This document shows positions 44,486 to 53,479 of a stretch of DNA of 64,000 nucleotides, piece by piece (position 1 is the stretch's first letter; each line of letters begins with the position of its first letter). The notes under the pieces are model-generated. The model had not been told where the DNA came from. It made no database searches and was given only the letters and a program-made list of their open reading frames with translations. The DNA comes from Patescibacteria group bacterium (GTDB taxonomy: Bacteria > Patescibacteriota > Microgenomatia > JAMCZE01). A program made the translations under genes and the position numbers. The stretch covers positions 11,391-75,390 of the forward strand of contig JAMCZE010000007.1 in the NCBI GenBank assembly GCA_023485845.1, in the 5' to 3' direction.

Positions 44486-44614
44486 TTAGTTATTATATAC
44501 CCATGATCACAATTCTTGATGCCATCCCGATCAATATCTTTATTATCGGGGTAACACTGTTGGTGGGAGTAGTCCTATTTCTTATTCTTGTTCAACTTCC
44601 TGATGAGCAGAATC

Positions 44615-45052
44615 GCAAGAAAGCAGGAAAGTAGGTAAGTAGGAAAGCTTAGGTTTTTACCTTCACAATCAAGCTTCCAAGCATTTTTAAAACTTCATTA
44701 AGGAGCGAGTTTATTCTTGAGAAATCCTCCAAATTTAAATAATTTAACTCCTTACTTAAAAGTAGTTGTGTTTCTAACTCCGCTGCTGACCCATAGGCAA
44801 CATGAAGAAACTGAAGAAATTCGGCTTTTCGTCGACGACTATAACCTTCAGCAATATTGCTTGGGATGGAAACCGCGCTGCGGCGAATCTGGGAGGTCAA
44901 ACCATACAGTTCGTCTTTCGGAAATGTGCTTGTGGCCCGATACACTTGGAGTGATAAATCAAAGCTCTTCTGCCAAACAATCAGTTCTTTATATGTGTTC
45001 ATCTCTCGCTTTCTTACTTACTTTCTTACTCTCCTGCTCTCTCACTTCCTAC
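44615..45052. repeat. Inverted arrays of 8-bp tandem repeats flanking the four-helix-bundle gene (44615-44648 and 45003-45052)
   Basis: GCAAGAAA GCAGGAAA GTAGGTAA GTAGGAAA on +; GTGAGAGA GCAGGAGA GTAAGAAA... on -. Confidence 0.8.
44649..45002 (-). CDS. Four-helix-bundle protein (23S rRNA IVS protein family)
   Basis: LIVWQKS, FPKDELYGLTSQIRRSAVSIPSNIAEG and GSAAELETQL motifs. Confidence 0.95.
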   Translation of the reverse strand: MNTYKELIVWQKSFDLSLQVYRATSTFPKDELYGLTSQIRRSAVSIPSNIAEGYSRRRKAEFLQFLHVAYGSAAELETQLLLSKELNYLNLEDFSRINSLLNEVLKMLGSLIVKVKT

Positions 45053-46051
45053 AATTGCCACTTCTTCCACCAGCCGGTTGGCGTAGCCCCACTCGTTGTC
45101 ATACCAGGCAATCACTTTCGCCAAATTGCCGCCGACCACCTGTGTGAGAGATAAATCGACAATGGCCGAATGCGGGTTGCCCTTAATGTCCGAGGACACG
45201 ATTGGATCGCTGGTCACTTCCAAAATATTTTTATAGCGATCCGAAGCGGCCGCCTCTTCAAAAGCTTTATTTATTTCTTCCTTAGTCGTTGCCCTTTTTA
45301 ATAGAAAGGTGAAGTCTGACAGACTCCCAACAATAGTGGGCACCCTAATTGCCAGTCCGGTGAAAAGATCTTTTAATTCCGGCACCGCCTCAGTGGCGGC
45401 AATAGTTGCCCCGGTGGAAGTGGGAATAATATTTTGCGCTGCCGCCCTGGCCCGGCGAAAGTCTTTGTGGCCCCCATCCTGAAGCTCCTGGTCGGACGTG
45501 TAGGAATGGACGGTGGTCAGCATCGCTTTTTCCACCCCGAATTTTTCTGCCATAATCTGGGCCACTGGGGCCACCGAGTTAGTCGTGCAGGAAGCGTTGG
45601 AAATGGTGGCATCGCCCGGCGCTTGATTAACGCCGAGAACGAAAGTTTTAATTGAATGATCTTTAGCTGGAGCCGATAAGATCACTTTCTTCGCCCCCGC
45701 TATCAGATGATCCTTAATTTTTTCTTCGGTAGTGAAGTGGCCAGTAGCTTCAATAACCACGTCCACTCCCAGCATTTTCCAGGGCAAGGCCGTGGGATCC
45801 TTCTCGGTGAAAAAAGGAATTTTTTTGCCGTCAACAATTAAATTCCCTTCCTCGCCACTGACCTGATGGCCCTTTAAAATTCCATAGGCCGTGTCATATT
45901 TCAGAAGATAGGCCCAGCCGGCAATATCCGTGGAGGTGCCGCCGTTAATGGCCACCAGTTCTAACTTATCGGTAAACCGCTCCAGCATCACTCGGTGGGC
46001 CACCCGCCCAATTCGACCATAACCATTAATTGCAACTTTAATCATAGACAT
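45026..46051 (-). CDS. gap: Glyceraldehyde-3-phosphate dehydrogenase
   Basis: INGYGRIGR, SNASCTTN and WYDNEWGY motifs. Confidence 0.97.
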   Translation of the reverse strand: MSMIKVAINGYGRIGRVAHRVMLERFTDKLELVAINGGTSTDIAGWAYLLKYDTAYGILKGHQVSGEEGNLIVDGKKIPFFTEKDPTALPWKMLGVDVVIEATGHFTTEEKIKDHLIAGAKKVILSAPAKDHSIKTFVLGVNQAPGDATISNASCTTNSVAPVAQIMAEKFGVEKAMLTTVHSYTSDQELQDGGHKDFRRARAAAQNIIPTSTGATIAATEAVPELKDLFTGLAIRVPTIVGSLSDFTFLLKRATTKEEINKAFEEAAASDRYKNILEVTSDPIVSSDIKGNPHSAIVDLSLTQVVGGNLAKVIAWYDNEWGYANRLVEEVAIVGSERAGE

Positions 46052-46139
46052 TTTGCAGTAAGCAACGAGTAAATTTTAAGAGCGCAACCTAGGTGGCCGC
46101 AGGCCGGTGCCTGTGAGCACTTAAAATTTCGCGAGCTGA

Positions 46140-47042
46140 TTACTGCATTAGCGCTTCAATACCGGGTAATTCTTCTCCGGCCAAAAATTTCAACATGCTT
46201 CCTCCCCCGCTGCTGACCCAATCAAACTTATCGGTCAATCCTAACTTATCCAAAAATGCCACCGTGTCTCCGCCGCCGGTGATTTTCACCGCCGGGCTGG
46301 CCACAATTAGTTCCGCCAGTTTCCTTGTTCCCACCTGGTAAGTAATGTCCTCCACCTTCCCGATCGGTCCATTCCAAACGATGGTGCCAGCATTGGAAAT
46401 TGATAATTGTAAACTGTAAACTGCATCTAGTGTAACGTCATTGCCGCCGGCGGTCAACTCCAAATCCCGGCTGACCACCACTTCATCGGCAAAAGCTTTC
46501 ATTTTTTCGGCCAGCGGGGCTTTGGTTTCCCACTTGACCCCGCCAATAATTATTAAAAGCGGCCGGTGGGGGTTCTTCTGAACTATTGAAAGCTGTTCCA
46601 CTTCCTGGGCCAGCCAGAAACCGGCAAAATGGGGCAGGAGTTTGGGAACACCGACAATACTGGCGTGGGCCCGCTCGCTGTCGGCAAAGGCTTCGTTAAC
46701 ATAAATGTCGGCCATGGCTGCCAGTTGTCCTGCCAAACTCTCATCATTGGCTTCCTCTCTTGGGTCAAACCGCAGATTTTCTAAGACTCTCACTTGCTTT
46801 CCTACTTTCCTGCTCACCCATTCCTGGATCGGTTTTGTTGACAGCTCCGAAACGACTTTTCCCCCGGGCCGGCCAATGTGCCCGGCTAAGATTACTTGAC
46901 AGTTTTGGTCCAGTAGAAAATCAATCGTCGGCTTAATATTTTTAAGCCGGCTGTCATCAAATGGCGACAGCGGGACGTCGATATCTCCTCTCACCAACAC
47001 TCTTTTTCCCGCGACACTTTTATCAACGATCGGTAGATTCAT
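46140..47042 (-). CDS. pgk: Phosphoglycerate kinase (shortened)
   Basis: HIGRP, LENLRF, WNGP, GGGDT and SSGGG motifs. Confidence 0.93.
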   Translation of the reverse strand: MNLPIVDKSVAGKRVLVRGDIDVPLSPFDDSRLKNIKPTIDFLLDQNCQVILAGHIGRPGGKVVSELSTKPIQEWVSRKVGKQVRVLENLRFDPREEANDESLAGQLAAMADIYVNEAFADSERAHASIVGVPKLLPHFAGFWLAQEVEQLSIVQKNPHRPLLIIIGGVKWETKAPLAEKMKAFADEVVVSRDLELTAGGNDVTLDAVYSLQLSISNAGTIVWNGPIGKVEDITYQVGTRKLAELIVASPAVKITGGGDTVAFLDKLGLTDKFDWVSSGGGSMLKFLAGEELPGIEALMQ

Positions 47043-47270
47043 AGATTTAGTGTAGCATGATATAATCGAGTTGAGGGGGTGATAATTATGCCAGTTCCCG
47101 AAAAAAAAGGAGCCTCTGGAACCGGGAAAGGTGTTGACATTCTTCAAAGATCAACAGAAGGGAAAATCAGAAATTATTTCAGAGAGCATATCCCTGGCTA
47201 CGCCGAGGCGGAGAGAAAAGTGATGGAGGAACAAAAACGCCTTTTGGAAATCCTAGCATCAAGAGGTTAA

Positions 47271-48224
47271 TCATTTTGCTAGATTTGGTGGGGGTTCTCC
47301 GGAGAGGGCGGCGATGATGTTTTGGGCGGCCAGACGGGACATTTCCGCCCGGGCTTCAGCCGTTGCCGAGCCGATATGCGGCGTTAACACCACATTAGGC
47401 AGACCAAAAAGCTTTTGATTAACCATTTTCTCCGATGAGGTCAGATCAATGTTGGCTTCTTCTTCAAAAACATCCAGGCCTGCTCCGGCAATCCATTTTT
47501 CCGAAAGGGCGGTGATCAAGGCCGCTTCATCAATGACTGCCCCCCGAGCGGTGTTAATGATAATGGCTGTTTTTTTCATCGCCGACAACTGCGGTTTGGA
47601 AATCAAGTGTTTTGTTTCCGCGGTCAAAGGCACGTGGAGCGTCACCACATCGGCCGTTTTTAATAGTTCATCCAGACTGTCGCAAAAAACCGCCCCCATT
47701 TCTGCCTCTGTTTGCATGTCCGGTTTATGGGAGTGATAAAGCACCTGCATGGAAAAGCCATAATGGGCAATCTTGGCCACATAGGAACCGATCCGCCCCA
47801 TCCCCACAACCCCAATGGATTTTCCGTAAAGCTGCTCCCCAATAAACAACTCCGGCTGCCAGCATTTATATTGGCAATCCCGGACAAACCGGTCGGCGTC
47901 CACAATCCGGCGCGCCACTGCCAAGATTAACGCAAAGGTATGCTCCGCCACCGCCTCAGTGAAACCGCCGGGGGTGTTGGTGACATAAACGTGGCGCGCC
48001 TTGGCGGCCTCCAGATCAATGTTGTCAAAACCAACGGCATAGTTGGCAACAATTTTCAATTGCTTTCCAGCCGCGTCCATCATCGCCCCATCAACCTTGT
48101 CCGTCAACAACGATAAAATCGCGTCCGCCCCGGAAAAATCCGTCCCGACAACCACGTCATGACCAGCCTTTTTTAACATCTCCTCTGCCGGTCCGGGAAT
48201 TTTTTGTGTTATAACGACTTTCAT
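47271..48224 (-). CDS. D-2-hydroxyacid (glyoxylate/hydroxypyruvate) reductase
   Basis: GFDNID, GMGRIG, INTARG, LDVFE and TPHIGSAT motifs. Confidence 0.93.
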   Translation of the reverse strand: MKVVITQKIPGPAEEMLKKAGHDVVVGTDFSGADAILSLLTDKVDGAMMDAAGKQLKIVANYAVGFDNIDLEAAKARHVYVTNTPGGFTEAVAEHTFALILAVARRIVDADRFVRDCQYKCWQPELFIGEQLYGKSIGVVGMGRIGSYVAKIAHYGFSMQVLYHSHKPDMQTEAEMGAVFCDSLDELLKTADVVTLHVPLTAETKHLISKPQLSAMKKTAIIINTARGAVIDEAALITALSEKWIAGAGLDVFEEEANIDLTSSEKMVNQKLFGLPNVVLTPHIGSATAEARAEMSRLAAQNIIAALSGEPPPNLAK

Positions 48225-48398
48225 AGAAAAGCGTAAACAAATAAAATATCCAATAATAAAAACGAACCTAGTGCTATATACTCCGAAAATCGATAGGCAT
48301 CTTCCCTATTCATTTTGAATATTCCTACCGTCCTTAGTTCTCGATCTTTAAGCATAAAATTATGACTCATGTGCCAGACTGCCATCAAGAAAACTGTA

Positions 48399-48939
48399 GT
48401 GACACTCCTCGCAGCAAGCTGCGAGGCATCTGCATTGCTAAAATAGCCTGAGTTGGTCTTTTGATATTTGGACATAGTCTTTTGGTCTTCCTTGGTTTCT
48501 GATGTACTTTTGGATGACTGTCTCAGAATTGCTTCGTCCTACTGAATTTACGAAATACCCGTCAGTCCAAAACTGGGCTCCCCAAAGGCTTTCCCTCAAC
48601 CCGGCAACTCGTTTGAGAAGTTCCCGGGCCAGGATACTTTTGACCGTTCTGGCAATTTTGGTAGGAGAATATGTAGGCACTGACTGGATCAAAAAATGGA
48701 CATGATCACCGTCGGCCCCAATCTCCACAAAATGCATCTCGTACCTTTGGGAAATTTCCTGACAGATCTGTTTTAGTTGGGCATCCACCTCTGTCGAGAT
48801 CACGAGTTGCCTTCCCTTGGCCACACAAACCAGATGGTACAAAAGCACCGAGACATTGTGCGCTTTGTGTATGTAGATACTCACGCATACAATTTTACCC
48901 TCTCGCGGCAAAGCCGCGGGGAATGAACCCTAAAAGAGA
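48399..48939 (-). mobile_element. IS200/IS605-family element, copy 2
   Basis: Identical to copy 1 at offset 9273. Confidence 0.93.
48438..48884 (-). CDS. tnpA: Y1 HUH transposase
   Basis: Same protein as 39165-39611. Confidence 0.95.
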   Translation of the reverse strand: MSIYIHKAHNVSVLLYHLVCVAKGRQLVISTEVDAQLKQICQEISQRYEMHFVEIGADGDHVHFLIQSVPTYSPTKIARTVKSILARELLKRVAGLRESLWGAQFWTDGYFVNSVGRSNSETVIQKYIRNQGRPKDYVQISKDQLRLF

Positions 48940-48982
48940 TTCAAACAGATTAAGAACACTAAAGCTATTTTCTTCTCAAAGA

Positions 48983-49870
48983 TCATATTTTATTTGCTGA
49001 ACCGAATAATTTGATTTTTTCTTCAACGACGGCCTGCATGGCGGCGATGGCCGCGGGCATGATTTTATAGATGGCGACTTCTCCGCCAGCTGGCGGACCC
49101 GGTGCATCTAATGTCTCTTTTAGCTTATCACGAAAAGCGAGGCGCAACTGCGTATTAACATTAATTTTTTGGACCCCAATGCCGATGGCCGCCGTGATTT
49201 CGTTGGCGGGAATCCCGGAACCGCCATGAAGAGAAAGGTACGTTTGGCCGAGCCTAGCTTTAATTTCCCGGAGCAAATCAAGGTTAATATTCTTAGTTTG
49301 TGCATACATTCCATGTACGTTTCCAATAAAAGAAGCGAGGGTATCAATCTGCGTTTTCTCGACAAAATCAGCGGCTTTGGCCGGGTCGGTGTAATATTTA
49401 GGGTCCCGGACAACATCAATGTTTTTTCCCCGGTGGTCGGCGCTGCCCGCCCCCAAAACGTTAATGTTGTCAATCTCGCCTTCGACTAAAACCCCCTTCT
49501 TATGTGCTTCGTCTGCCAATCGTCTGGTTTGTCTGATGTTCTCTTCGATGTCCAACTTCGAGCCGTCAAGATGAAGGTAATCAAACCCTGCTTCCAGGGC
49601 CACCCGGCAGTGGTCATAGTCCGGGGCGTGGTCTAAATTTAAAATGATCGGCACACCATTGCTTTGTTCCATCACCCGAGTGGCCCCGACCAGCTCCTTG
49701 ATGCCAAAATATTCGGCCTCACCCGGCGAGGCTTCAATGATCACCGGGGATCGCAAATTTTTTGCCGCCCCAACGATGGCCTTGAGAGTTTCAATGGAAG
49801 CAGCGTTGAAAGCCCCGATCGCAAAATGCTCGTTTTTTGCCCGCTCAAACCAATATTTGGCCTTGCTCAT
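48983..49870 (-). CDS. fba: Class II fructose-bisphosphate aldolase
   Basis: LDH, DGS, VEGE, GNVHG, LHGGSG and KINVNT motifs. Confidence 0.93.
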   Translation of the reverse strand: MSKAKYWFERAKNEHFAIGAFNAASIETLKAIVGAAKNLRSPVIIEASPGEAEYFGIKELVGATRVMEQSNGVPIILNLDHAPDYDHCRVALEAGFDYLHLDGSKLDIEENIRQTRRLADEAHKKGVLVEGEIDNINVLGAGSADHRGKNIDVVRDPKYYTDPAKAADFVEKTQIDTLASFIGNVHGMYAQTKNINLDLLREIKARLGQTYLSLHGGSGIPANEITAAIGIGVQKINVNTQLRLAFRDKLKETLDAPGPPAGGEVAIYKIMPAAIAAMQAVVEEKIKLFGSANKI

Positions 49871-49888
49871 AACAATTCAATTTTTAAA

Positions 49889-50731
49889 TTAATTAACAAC
49901 TTGTTCCCGTGTTAACAGCCCCGCGGTTGCCCCGGTTTTTTGAATTACCGATTGGGAGTTGCGCAGCCCCCACGTCAGCGCGGTTTCCAAATCTTTTCCC
50001 AAAAATGTTGCCGCTAAAAAACCGCTGGAAAAAGCGTCGCCGGCTCCGGTCGGTTCCACCACTTTTGCCGGCAGCGCCGGCTGTGCAATTGTTTTCTCAC
50101 CCTGGTAAACGGCCGCGCCGGCTGGTCCATCGGTAATCACTGTAACTTGCGGCCCATGCTCCCCCAACACGGCGGCCTCCTCTTTATTCATAATTAACAC
50201 CTCAGTGGCTTCCAGAATTGGCCGAAGAAAATCTCGACCTTTCTTTAGATCGGTCATCGCCGGATTAAAAGCCAATTTAAAGTTATTGTGGTTTTGGGCC
50301 ACCAAATCAAACAGTGCCCCGGAATCCCGGCCCGGCGCACCGGTTAGATAGACCCACCGGCACGGGGGAAAATTCTCGATTTGTTTTGCCCCGGACGAGT
50401 GATAGGAAAAAATGGTCCGATTGCCAGCGAAAACCGTCACCGTTGACAAATTCGACTGCCGGCCCGGTTCGGTGGCGCTGTTGCCCAAGTCAACATTGTT
50501 CTTCAATAATTCTTTTTTAATCCAGGCCCCCCGGTCATCATCGCCAAAAATGGTCACCAGGGCAGTGTTTAGGCCCAGGCGGGTCAGACCAACGGAAACA
50601 TTGGCCGCGTTGCCCCCCAGCGACCAGGCAATATCATCCACTGGATGCTTTTGACCATCAAACTTCGGCGCTTCTTTTAGAAAAAGAAAAAGGTCTCTGG
50701 TCGCGTCCCCAATGCAAACAAAATCAAACAT
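49889..50731 (-). CDS. PfkB-family carbohydrate kinase
   Basis: GGNAANV, GDD and TGAGDAF motifs. Confidence 0.93.
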   Translation of the reverse strand: MFDFVCIGDATRDLFLFLKEAPKFDGQKHPVDDIAWSLGGNAANVSVGLTRLGLNTALVTIFGDDDRGAWIKKELLKNNVDLGNSATEPGRQSNLSTVTVFAGNRTIFSYHSSGAKQIENFPPCRWVYLTGAPGRDSGALFDLVAQNHNNFKLAFNPAMTDLKKGRDFLRPILEATEVLIMNKEEAAVLGEHGPQVTVITDGPAGAAVYQGEKTIAQPALPAKVVEPTGAGDAFSSGFLAATFLGKDLETALTWGLRNSQSVIQKTGATAGLLTREQVVN

Positions 50732-50732
50732 A

Positions 50733-51002
50733 TTAAACAAACCTGACTTCTAATTTCATTCCCACCGCGGAGGCCAGGCGGGAAAGAAAAGAAATTGTCG
50801 GAGAATAATCACCGTGCTCAAACCGGGCAATGCTTGACTGGTGGGTTCCCGCCCGCGTCGCGATTTCTTGCTGGCTAAGTTTTTTCTTCATCCGAAGCTC
50901 AATTAACCTGTGCTTTAAGGCATATTCCGGCTCTAAAGCATCATAAGCCTTTTTAAATTCGGGGTCTTTTAATGATTTTTTAACATAATTATCTAATGTC
51001 AT
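50733..51002 (-). CDS. HigA-like XRE antitoxin
   Basis: HTH LSQQEIA...QSSIARFE; coupled to the upstream toxin gene. Confidence 0.88.
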   Translation of the reverse strand: MTLDNYVKKSLKDPEFKKAYDALEPEYALKHRLIELRMKKKLSQQEIATRAGTHQSSIARFEHGDYSPTISFLSRLASAVGMKLEVRFV

Positions 51003-51322
51003 TTTGCGCCCCCAAAATACTTTGCCCTATTTTTAATTAACTCAATAACTTCTAACGGTGTTTTGTTGCTTTTCTTAATTGTCATGTGCAAAATTTGTAT
51101 TGTTTCACCGCCAGTGGCGACTAGAAAAATCCGGCACTGGCCAGTTTTCAGTTCCCAAATATTTGGCAACCCGACCATCTTCTTCAGACTATCGTTATGC
51201 TCCGAGAAACCTGTCAATTGCAGCTCCTGCAATTCCCGGATAACTTTTCCTTTGGTCAGCTTATCAAGTTTATCAAGAAACTTTTCGCTCTCTTTCGGAT
51301 AAAGATTTACTGTCCAACTCAT
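50999..51322 (-). CDS. RelE/HigB (Gp49-like) toxin
   Basis: IWELK...RIF...KKSNKTP pattern. Confidence 0.82.
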   Translation of the reverse strand: MSWTVNLYPKESEKFLDKLDKLTKGKVIRELQELQLTGFSEHNDSLKKMVGLPNIWELKTGQCRIFLVATGGETIQILHMTIKKSNKTPLEVIELIKNRAKYFGGAK

Positions 51323-51324
51323 CG

Positions 51325-51349
51325 TATAACAAATTTGTTATATTGTCAA
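51325..51349 (-). promoter_or_regulatory. TA promoter/operator
   Basis: TTGACA overlapping the deoC stop, then perfect palindrome TATAACAAATTTGTTATA (51325-51342). Confidence 0.7.
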
Positions 51350-52011
51350 TGCCCGGTTATTATCTCCACCGCGTGGGATGTTCCGATGCGGTCGGCGCCG
51401 GCATTGATAAAGGCCATTGCCTGCTCGGCCGTTTCCACCCCACCGGCCACTTTAATTTTAATCTTTTCCCCCACCGCTTCCCGGACTAATTTGACATCTT
51501 CCACCATGGCTCCACGCGGCCCCGTCCCCGAACAGGTTTTGAAAAAATCTGCCCCGGCTTCCACCATTAACTGCGCTGTTTTTTTAATCTGGTCAGATGA
51601 CAGATAACCACATTCGGGAATAAACTTAACGATTATTTTTGAATTAACCTCCCGGGCGGCGGCAATAACCGCCTTCATTTCCACCAAACTCTGTGTCCAT
51701 TTTCCACTGACCAAATAGCCAACGTTGAGAGACACATCCAGTTCGTCGGCCCCCAAGGCGGCATAAGCTTGGGCACTGCCGGTTTTCATCGCGAGTGTTT
51801 CTTGCCCCAAGGGAAAAGAAACCACTGTTCCCACCCGCACTCCTAAACTTTTGACCAGCTGAATATAGCAAGGATTAACAAAAGCGCTGTTAAAACCGTG
51901 CTCTTTAACCGCCGCGGCGATCTTTTCCACGTCCGCCGGAGTCGCGTTGGCGTGGTGGTTAGCAAGATCAAGATGGGCAGCCAAATTATTCATTGGATCC
52001 AAGTGATTCAA
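51346..52011 (-). CDS. deoC: Deoxyribose-phosphate aldolase
   Basis: VVSFPLG, GADELD, FFKTCSG, KVAGG and RIGTS motifs. Confidence 0.93.
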   Translation of the reverse strand: MNHLDPMNNLAAHLDLANHHANATPADVEKIAAAVKEHGFNSAFVNPCYIQLVKSLGVRVGTVVSFPLGQETLAMKTGSAQAYAALGADELDVSLNVGYLVSGKWTQSLVEMKAVIAAAREVNSKIIVKFIPECGYLSSDQIKKTAQLMVEAGADFFKTCSGTGPRGAMVEDVKLVREAVGEKIKIKVAGGVETAEQAMAFINAGADRIGTSHAVEIITGH

Positions 52012-52549
52012 TTTTAATTAACACCTCTTGTGGGCTGGTGACAATGTGATAAACCTTCAATTCTTCTGGGCGCAAATGCATGTTTCGGCCGAAAACCTCA
52101 ATCACGTCATGCCACCAGGGACCATAAAGCAACAGGGGTTTGTGGTGGCCAAAGTGCAGCCGCGCCAGCCCCCAGGCCATCCCAAATTCGGAAATCGTTC
52201 CCGTCCCGCCGTTAAACACCACGTAAACGTCGGCCACCTCCATGATCTTTAGAGTCCGTTCGACATAGGTGTTGGTTTTAATTTCCTCGTCAAACTTATT
52301 GGCCGCATCCCGCCCTTCAAAAAAATCTGGCTTCTCTTTGGCGGTGGGGTAAAAAGTGATCCCAATGGCCCGGCCGCTGCCGGCATGAGCCCCCTCGGTG
52401 GCCGCTCGCATCACTCCTGGCCCGCCACCGTTAACCACCACGTAGCCGTTTCGCGCCAGCAGTTTTGCCGTCTCAAAAGAAGCCAAATAGTCCTTGTCCC
52501 CTTCCTTGGCATCAGCCCATCCTAAAAAGGCCACTTTTTTTATTTCCAT
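51986..52549 (-). CDS. LOG-family protein
   Basis: GGGPGVM and GGTGTISE motifs. Confidence 0.88.
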   Translation of the reverse strand: MEIKKVAFLGWADAKEGDKDYLASFETAKLLARNGYVVVNGGGPGVMRAATEGAHAGSGRAIGITFYPTAKEKPDFFEGRDAANKFDEEIKTNTYVERTLKIMEVADVYVVFNGGTGTISEFGMAWGLARLHFGHHKPLLLYGPWWHDVIEVFGRNMHLRPEELKVYHIVTSPQEVLIKIESLGSNE

Positions 52550-52931
52550 GCCAATAGAGTAGCACACCGGCGGTAAACAGCACCAGACAGTTGCCGGCGG
52601 AAACCAGGCAATATTGGCATAAGGCATGGATCACAAATAACTGGAGATAAACCAAATAGGCGCTAAAGACGACCCCGACTACCATTAAGCCAAGCAATAA
52701 TTTCGTTTGTTTTTTCAGGGCCAGCCAAAAAATTGTTAAATAATAAACTAGGCCGAAGGCTGCCAGCGGCACCGGGCCAACGGCTGCATATTTGCTGCGC
52801 AGCACCAACTCGCAACCGCCGCCCACCGGACAAGGTAAATTGAGAGTCACCAAATGCTGGGCCGTCAACACCCCGGCATCAAAAACCCCCACCAGCGCCA
52901 AAACTAAAATTAGTATTCTTAGTTTGTTCAC
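52512..52931 (-). CDS. Vitamin K epoxide reductase family protein
   Basis: C...C.. VL.S.Y loop, CQYC, four TMs. Confidence 0.9.
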   Translation of the reverse strand: MNKLRILILVLALVGVFDAGVLTAQHLVTLNLPCPVGGGCELVLRSKYAAVGPVPLAAFGLVYYLTIFWLALKKQTKLLLGLMVVGVVFSAYLVYLQLFVIHALCQYCLVSAGNCLVLFTAGVLLYWHGNKKSGLFRMG

Positions 52932-53223
52932 TGGTTTATTATAACCTACCGGAGGTTAGTCACTCCCGGGATTGCGAAAGGCGGTGGCGTTAGTCACTAC
53001 GTTGTTCTTCGTATTGATGCGACAGATCCAACTGAATTCATCCGACGGATTAAAGAACTTTCACACACCGGGTGTGTGATTATTAGGAGTATTATCTTTT
53101 CGGCCAGAAACCTGTGCGAAGAAATTCTCTTACGTCGGTCTCGGTGTGCCCTTGTTCGACAAAGGCCACTATGATCTTATTTTCTAGATTAGCCTCGCAG
53201 GGTCTCTCCCTGCGAGCGTGTGT

Positions 53224-53449
53224 CTAGGCCGTAGCCTGGAGCTTTTCCATAACCCACATTCGAATCAGTGTCGTCGGACCCACACCAGCACTATGACAGG
53301 TCTTTTGCTACTTCAACCTTCACCTTCTTCCACTTATTCCAGTATGGCACCACACTGTGTGTGTCCCAAAACTCCGCCTCTTCCTCCCGATTTTTGAAAT
53401 CGGGAATAGGATCGACTTTCACTTTTTTGATCGTAGACTTTTTCTTCAT
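53224..53449 (-). pseudogene. BrnA/CopG-like antitoxin with internal deletion/frameshift
   Basis: IPDFKNREEEAEFWDTH...stop, then out-of-frame GVGPTTLIRMWVMEKL. Confidence 0.75.
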
Positions 53450-53479
53450 ATCTTTACTTATTCTAGTATAATTTACATC

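Larger units (their letters stand above)
48221..48986 (-). pseudogene. Small membrane protein interrupted by IS200
   Basis: Removing 48399-48939 restores a 74-aa ORF MIFEKKIALVFLICLNTVFLMAVWH..., ATGA-coupled to both neighbours. Confidence 0.8.
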
